Source: Eledone cirrhosa
Taxonomy: Eukaryota
Reading direction: 5' to 3'
Assembly: GCA_964016885.1 (NCBI GenBank)
Contig: OZ024740.1
Span: 56,296,001-56,360,000 of the forward strand
DNA: 64,000 bases
The notes beneath the pieces are model-generated. The model worked only from the letters and a program-made list of their open reading frames with translations, did not search any database and was not told the DNA's origin. Position numbers and translations under genes: made by a program. The stretch's first letter is position 1; each line of letters opens with the position of its first letter. Below, one piece after another: positions 57,567-64,000 of this stretch.

Positions 57567-58875
57567 CGAGGTACACTCAAGAAGGTTTGAGACTGTTTTC
57601 GGGTACTTTTAATTGACCTACATAACTGTCACTCTAATACATCCTTGATATGGTTAAAATAAGCAAACATGCTAAATCTTCTTTTTCCAGGTTGAAGGTT
57701 CGAGCTGATACAGCACTTTAAAAATTACCCGCCATACACGTCTTGTCCCAGCTGGCGTGTTCCTCAAAGCAGTCGGGATATGAGGATAACTTGGATGCAA
57801 TAAGGTTTTGTGTCAAGCTCGGCAATGATGCTGCAGAAACCTATAAAATGGTCAAAACTGCTTACGGACTAACTTTCATGAGCGGAACAACTGTTTCCGC
57901 AAGGATAAGAAAGTCTAGGAGGGCTGGAAGCAAGTGTGGGACGACAAGTGGTGTGGCAGAGCGAGGGACATAATGACGTCAAAGCTGGACGACAAAATTC
58001 GCAAATTTCAGCATGAGGTCCGTTGTGCGTCTCTTCTGACGATTGTTAAATAATTTGAATTGCCCGAGGGCACTGGACAGAGAGTCGTTCATCAGAATCT
58101 GAACATGCGCAAAGTCTTTGTAAAGCGTGTTCCCAGGGTGCTCAATGAAGACCAAAAGTGAAGGCTCGTTGATGACAGTATGGAGATGGTTAAGTGGATC
58201 ATTTCGAATCCAGGTTTTCTTGAGTTTCTGATAACCTATGACGAGAGCTGGATCTACTGTTGTGCTCCAGAGACCAGGAGAAAAAGTGCCCATTGTAAAC
58301 ATTCTGACTGACCCAAGAAGGCCCCGCAAAACAAGTCCACTGGAAACTCATGATAAACGCATTCTTTGACAGCAAGAGAATCATCTACATCCACTGGGTA
58401 TCCCACGGCCAGACACTCAACAAAGAGTACCATGTAGAAGTTTTGAGGTAGTTCAGAAAAAGATTTAGTCGCAAGATACCAAAACTCTTCAAGTCTGGTC
58501 AGTGGCACCTACACAAGGACAATGCTCCCTGCCACCAATCCATCCTGGTGACCAATTACTTGGCCGATATGGGGATCAACAATGTCCTTTATTCTCTCTA
58601 TAGTCCAAACTTAACTCGATGTTATTTCTGGATGTTCCCGAAGCTGAAGGAGAAGCTCAGGGGTATCCATTTTGAGGATCTGGGGGAGATGAAGGAGGCT
58701 GTGACAAGCGCCCTCGACACCTTCACTTTGTAGTTCTACAATGGGTTCTTCCAGAGTGCCACAACTGCATTGAATTTGGAGGACCCTGCTTTGAGGGAGA
58801 CTAGAGTTTTGTACTGATCTGAGTTAAATAAGTGTCTCTATGATAAAAGTCTCAAATGCTCTTATGTGTACCTCG
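57567..58875 (+). mobile_element. Mariner DNA transposon, degenerate transposase
   Basis: TIRs CGAGGTACAC... / ...GTGTACCTCG followed by TA. Fragments AIRFCVKLG..ETYKM, ITYDESWIY, WHLHKDNAPCH, YSPNLTRCYFWMFPKLKEKLRG. 1.3 kb. Confidence 0.93.
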
Positions 58876-58981
58876 TATGCACTATGAAATCATAGTTTAC
58901 ATGTGTGGAGTTTTTTTAGATTTATATTCTTTGTAAACACATACGGGTACATATATATATACAGATACACACATATCTCTT

Positions 58982-59065
<84 letters not shown>

Positions 59066-59586
59066 TAAGAAGATAGTTTCCTCTATATACACATAGACTT
59101 AAGTATATACGTGTACGTTTAGTGTTATATATATGTATACATAGATAATTATATAAGTATAATATAAATATTATATTATAGAAATCTAAATAACGTATTT
59201 ATTGTATGAGGGAAAGTAAGAAAGAAAGAGAGAGTATATTTAAATGTGAAATAGGCCCAAAGGAACTAATGTAAGGATTCTCCCCTCTCCATGTATATTT
59301 ACGCTAACATGAGAGGGCCGTATTATACTACATATGTGCAAATACCAAATTTAACAATGTGAGCTATTTGGGTTGCTTAGAACTCCATGATAATCTCCAC
59401 TGGCAGCATACAACTTCAAACTGTAATCTTAAACTAGAGATTCAAAAGATTAACTAAAATTGTAACCGAGAATTTTACAAGGGTGTACCAAAGTGCTAGT
59501 TCGTTAAAGATTCCTGTAATATGAATGCTGATAATTCTGGTGATAAAGATTTGTAAAATGCTACCCACTTCGTTCTATATTATATA

Positions 59587-59761
59587 ATTGTTTCTACTTT
59601 TGGCACAAGGCCAGCAATTACCCAGTACATTACTGGTACTTTATTTTATCGACCCCATAAGGATGAAAGGCAAAGTTAACCTCGGCGGGATTTGAACTCA
59701 GATCGTAAAGGGACGTAACTATGCTGGAAAGCATGTCCGACCCTCTACCGATACTGCCAAT
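59587..59761 (-). mobile_element. SINE, slightly 5'-truncated, about 100 bp from an exon donor
   Basis: Reverse complement of the SINE consensus, ending at ACTGCCAAT. Confidence 0.9.
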
Positions 59762-59864
59762 ATATAATAAAATTTGAATAAGAACAAAAGAGTATAGAAA
59801 GGGAAGTAGTTACAAAAGAAAAATTTTGTAATTGTATGAGTTATATTATATATCTCGTACAAAC

Positions 59865-59955
59865 CATTTTCATCAGTTATGTGGAATTGTTCCTCAAGTA
59901 CTTGAGCATCGTTTGGATGGATTAAATTATACATGGATTGACCAATGACATCAAT
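59865..59955 (-). CDS. bHLH-PAS-type gene, visible exon 1 of 5: PAS-A core
   Basis: Acceptor ttttttccttcaag, donor G|gtttgt. 91 bp, phase 0 to 1. Encodes IDVIGQSMYNLIHPNDAQVLEEQFHITDEN (G-Q-S-x-Y-x-x-I-H-P-x-D). Confidence 0.92.
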
Positions 59956-60259
59956 CTTGAAGGAAAAAAAATAATAGTAATTCTATATAACATCTCTGCC
60001 ATTCTAATGTGTATATTATGAATGAAATAGTTATGTTTTAACTAAAATGTCTTCGACACTGGAAACATGACTTTTCGGTCTCTGAATTAAAAATAACAGT
60101 CAAGAAACAAATTTTAATTCGAATATTAACACTGATATCTTACCCTTTGTTCATAATTAGCTGACTCTATTCTTAGTACTGTTTTCATTTGTCATTTATA
60201 CATACATACAAACAGACATGCATACATACATACATACATACATACATACATACATACAT

Positions 60260-62125
60260 TAAGGCTTTACAGTTAGCCAAAGTCCCACAACTATTGGTAG
60301 CTGCTGTTGAACGCCTGACCAAGAACTAGTACACCAATTTGATCCTTTGAGGTGAGAAGGAGCAAGTTAAGACTGATAAGATACATTACCAGAAGGGCAT
60401 CTTTCAGGGTGATAGCTTGTCAGTGCTACTCTTCGTTCTCTCACTGAATCCACTATCTTACCTACTCAGGAAACAAGGCGGACAAAGAAGTGGGTCCAGA
60501 AGTATCTCCCATCTTTTCTTTGTTGATGACCTGAAGTTGTATGGGCCAAATATCAATGACATCAAGAAACAATTGGACCTCATTACACAATTTTCAACCG
60601 ACATCAAAATGAAATTTGAGGAGTCCATGTGTGCATATTTGGCAGTAAAACGTGGAAGAGCTGTGCCCTCCTCTAGAAATCTTGAGATGAACGGCCTGAC
60701 AATACAACCTCTACAGTCAGGTGACAACTACAGATATCTTGGACAGGATGAGAATGTCAGATATGATGGACCCATAAATAAGGAGAGAACCAGAACTGAA
60801 TACCTCAGAAGAGTAAAGAAAATATGGTCATCAGAACTGTCAGCGTACAACAAATACATTGCCCACAATACTTATGCTGTGCCAATTCTAACGCCAACAT
60901 TTGGCCTGCTGAACTGGTCATTGCAAGAACTAAGTGAGATGGATGTTAGAACTCGCAAACTTCTCAGTGTTACTGGGAACTGTAACATCAATGGTGATGT
61001 GGATAGGCTATACTTCTCATTCAAGGAAGGTGGCCGGGGTCTAAAATCAATATTAACAACATATGAGACCCGTATAGTAACACTGAAGCAACACCTTCAA
61101 CAGAGGAAAAAGATTGGCAACCATCTTGCCCAGGTTTATGAGCATTAAAAAAAAATATCATTAGAATAGCGACTGATCTGGAGGAGAGATATGGAATAAA
61201 GCCTGATATAAATCTCTCACCCAGAGAAATCGGAAGATCCTATTCAATAATCAAACAAGATTAAAAAAATTAACCAATTTACAGAAAAAGTTGTGCATGG
61301 ATACTTGAGACGTAAAACACAGACCATAGAGGGGATAAACCACTCAAAAAGCCTAGCATGGAGTTCCGACAAGTTTATGACATCATACCTTGAGGGATAT
61401 CTCTATGCAATACAGGAACAAGAACTCCCTACCAAATATCTGCTGCACAAAAGGGGAGGGACATCAGCTGACAATAAATGTAGGCTATGTAAAACAAAGA
61501 TCGAGGATGTAAGCCACATTGTTGCCAGCTGCGAAAGAATGTCATCTCGCTACTACCTCCCCATGAGACACGATGGGATAGCTAGAACCATCTGGAACGC
61601 ACTTCGGCAAACAAAATTAACAACAAACGAGGAAGAATATATTGAGACAGATAGCACTAAGGAATACAGGTGGAACCTGAAAATAAAAACTGCCACCAAA
61701 TTAAAGCACAACCGGCCTGATATTGTTGTTTGGGACCACACATTGAAAACGTGTTCTGGTGTGGAGATCAGCTGCCCACTTGATGTAAACGTTGTCAGAA
61801 AAATACAGGAGAAGGATGACATCTACGGACCATTGATGAGGAGTTTACAAATCCAGTATCCAAGATACACCTTTAGCTTCATACCCATCATTATTGGAAC
61901 TACGGGTTATATACCAACCCGTTTGGACCAAAGTAGGACTGAACTTGGATTTGCCGACAAAAAGCGCAGCTCCCTAATTCATAGTCTACAAATGGCTGCG
62001 ATAGCTGGCACCTTCAAAATTTGCAAAACATTCTTGCGATTCAAGGTGACAATTTCTTTTCTTTTACAACCTTGCCACCAGGAAGGTGGCCGGTCGAAAA
62101 AATATACTCGAAATTAAGAGAAAGA
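60260..62125 (+). mobile_element. R4/Dong-clade LINE, 5'-truncated (RT, CCHC, restriction-like endonuclease)
   Basis: GIFQGDSLS, HLFFVDDLKLY, YRYLG, EGGRGL (60417-61148). CRLC..EDVSHIVASC, RHDGIA, NRPDIVVWD..VEISCP (61293-62117). Flanked by (CATA)n. Confidence 0.92.
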
Positions 62126-62144
62126 GATAACATATATACATACA

Positions 62145-62673
62145 TGATGGCTGCAAACTCTGCTAAGAGTATTGCAATCGCTTATCAGAGTTTGGTTCAC
62201 TTTTAGGCTACGGCCAGCCACACGAACCTGTAACATATCCTGAACAAGCAATGCCAGTGCTTTGAAAGTTTTTTAAGTGGGGAAAGGCCTTGCACTCGAC
62301 CAATCCCACTCTCTGACCATCGAAAACACTACTCGAAAAGGAGTACTGGTTAGCATCATCGGATGATTCCGAAGCCGCAGGTTTTTTTGTTTTTTTTTCA
62401 CTTTCCCTCTCCTAGAAAGGTGTTGTGACAACAATGGGGGGGGGGGGGGTCCTTTCACTCCCAGGGAAAAAAACTACTATTTGGATGGCCATTGACTCTT
62501 TTGAGTTCCTCCGCCCATCGGCGGGTGTTGTATTTCATCCCGCAGGATGTCCAAATATCACCCTCCTCACCAAGCTAGCTTGGCGGGGTTGCCGGTTCAG
62601 TCGCCGACGCCCGATCATGAGACAGGTTTTACTGGGTTACATGTTACCAGTAGCACTTGAGAGCGACCTGACA
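62145..62673 (-). mobile_element. Bipartite non-autonomous RTE-related element
   Basis: 3' end matches 34888-34930. Head 62465-62673 is the reverse complement of the 45987-46183-type head. Confidence 0.7.
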
Positions 62674-62691
62674 TAAATACATACATACCTA

Positions 62692-63010
62692 ATGATGGCT
62701 GCCCCCTCGTTATCGAGTATGGCCATTGCATAATATAACATTATTAATAATTATTAATTAATGCCTGTGCGTGAAGAATCTTTTTAAAGTGAGGAGGAAA
62801 GACTGTGCACTGAGCCAATCCCACTCTCTGAGCGACAGTAGCTATAACCTCGGTAACTACTGAGCCGCAGGTTTTATGTTGGAGTTATCCCAGTTTCCTG
62901 AGTTGCCTTCTCCTAGAAGAATGCCCTGACAAAGGCTAGGGGTCCTTCACTCCATGTGGCTTAACCGCACGATCGGATATCCAGCCCAGTTATTTCTATG
63001 TCCCCGCGCA
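62692..63010 (-). mobile_element. Non-autonomous RTE-related element (family C)
   Basis: Matches 39830-39873 plus 43810-44085. Confidence 0.7.
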
Positions 63011-63044
63011 TATATATACATTTGCATACACGTATATACATATA

Positions 63045-63563
63045 TGATGTCTGCAACTCGATTTCGAGTAATGCCATCGCTTAATACTTAAGCATGAGCA
63101 TCACGGACGTAGCTTTTTAGTCCTGCTAGAAACTTTCCTATGGTCAGCAATGCCATGCATCGCAAACAGTGTCATATATCAAGCGATGCCTGTGCTTGAA
63201 GCTTTTTTAAGTGTGGAAAGGCTTTGCACAGGGCCAATCCTACTCTCTGAACATTGAATGCTTTTACCCAAAAAGTAGAATTGGTCTACATTGGATGCAA
63301 ATGAACTCGCAGGTTTTATATCTTTTATATCAGAGTGACCTTCTCCCGCGCTACAAAAAAAAAAAAAAATGTCAAGTCACTTTTCAGCGCTACTGGTAAC
63401 ATGTAACCCAGTACAATCTGTGCATGATCGTGTCATCACCGACTAAACCGGCAACCCCACCATGCTTGCTTGGTGAGGAGGGTGATTGTAGACACCCTGT
63501 GGGATGAAAAACAAAACACGTCAAAAGGCGGAGGAACTCAGGAGAGTCAATGGCCATCCAATA
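63045..63563. mobile_element. RTE-related non-autonomous element with inverted head
   Basis: 63045-63350 resembles family A/C on the minus strand. 63388-63563 is the RTE-like head on the plus strand. Confidence 0.55.
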
Positions 63564-64000
63564 AAAAAGTACACACATACATACCTACATACAAACATAC
63601 ATGCATACATAAGTACGTGCGTGCACATGTGTGTATTTACACTTGCGTCTGTCTCTTTTTGTATATATTTTCATTAATTTAGTGATTTGACAAGAAGAGA
63701 TCGATAAAATAAGTACCATTCTTGAGAAAATAAAGACTTGGTCCATATGAAAGACTAAAATCATTTTAAGACAATGATGCGCTGATATGACCAGAGTCTA
63801 CTGACTAAAACCAGTAAAAGAATGGCGCACTTTAGAACAATTAACAATATTTTGGCGCACTCTATTCAAAAATGACTTTTTTTAATACATATTAAAATAG
63901 CATAAATATGAAATATAGATAATTGTTCCAGTTCACCCAGCTGGCAAAAATGCGTTGTATCTGTAATTCTTATTGTGACTCGCTGAATCACTCTGAGAAC

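Overview
Eukaryotic, AT- and microsatellite-rich genomic DNA. The SINE/LINE repertoire suggests a coleoid cephalopod such as Octopus (inference). Bases 1-15162 are a tandem satellite of 20/21-bp units (ACTGCCAATCCACTGCCCTTT). Its monomer is almost exactly the reverse complement of the 5' (A-box) end of the tRNA-derived SINE that occurs about 10 times in the window. The long ORFs listed for the satellite are artefacts. A spliced minus-strand gene, seen only as fragments in the ORF track, spans 17.9-60 kb. Five GT-AG exons (59955-59865, 57355-57215, 50293-50155, 19679-19573, 18038-17891) join in frame into 208 aa of tandem PAS-A/PAS-B/PAC domains of a divergent bHLH-PAS-type factor (Clock/Met-like). 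Its introns hold a Tx1-like LINE plus a fragment, a near-intact RTE LINE, R4/Dong-like fragments, non-autonomous RTE derivatives, a mariner, MITEs, a Helitron end and large palindromes; a larger R4/Dong-like LINE lies just 5' of the first visible exon. The introns also carry five minimal type-I hammerhead-ribozyme motifs of Penelope type. Two of these have a canonical core and sit in the arms of a 404-bp inverted repeat.
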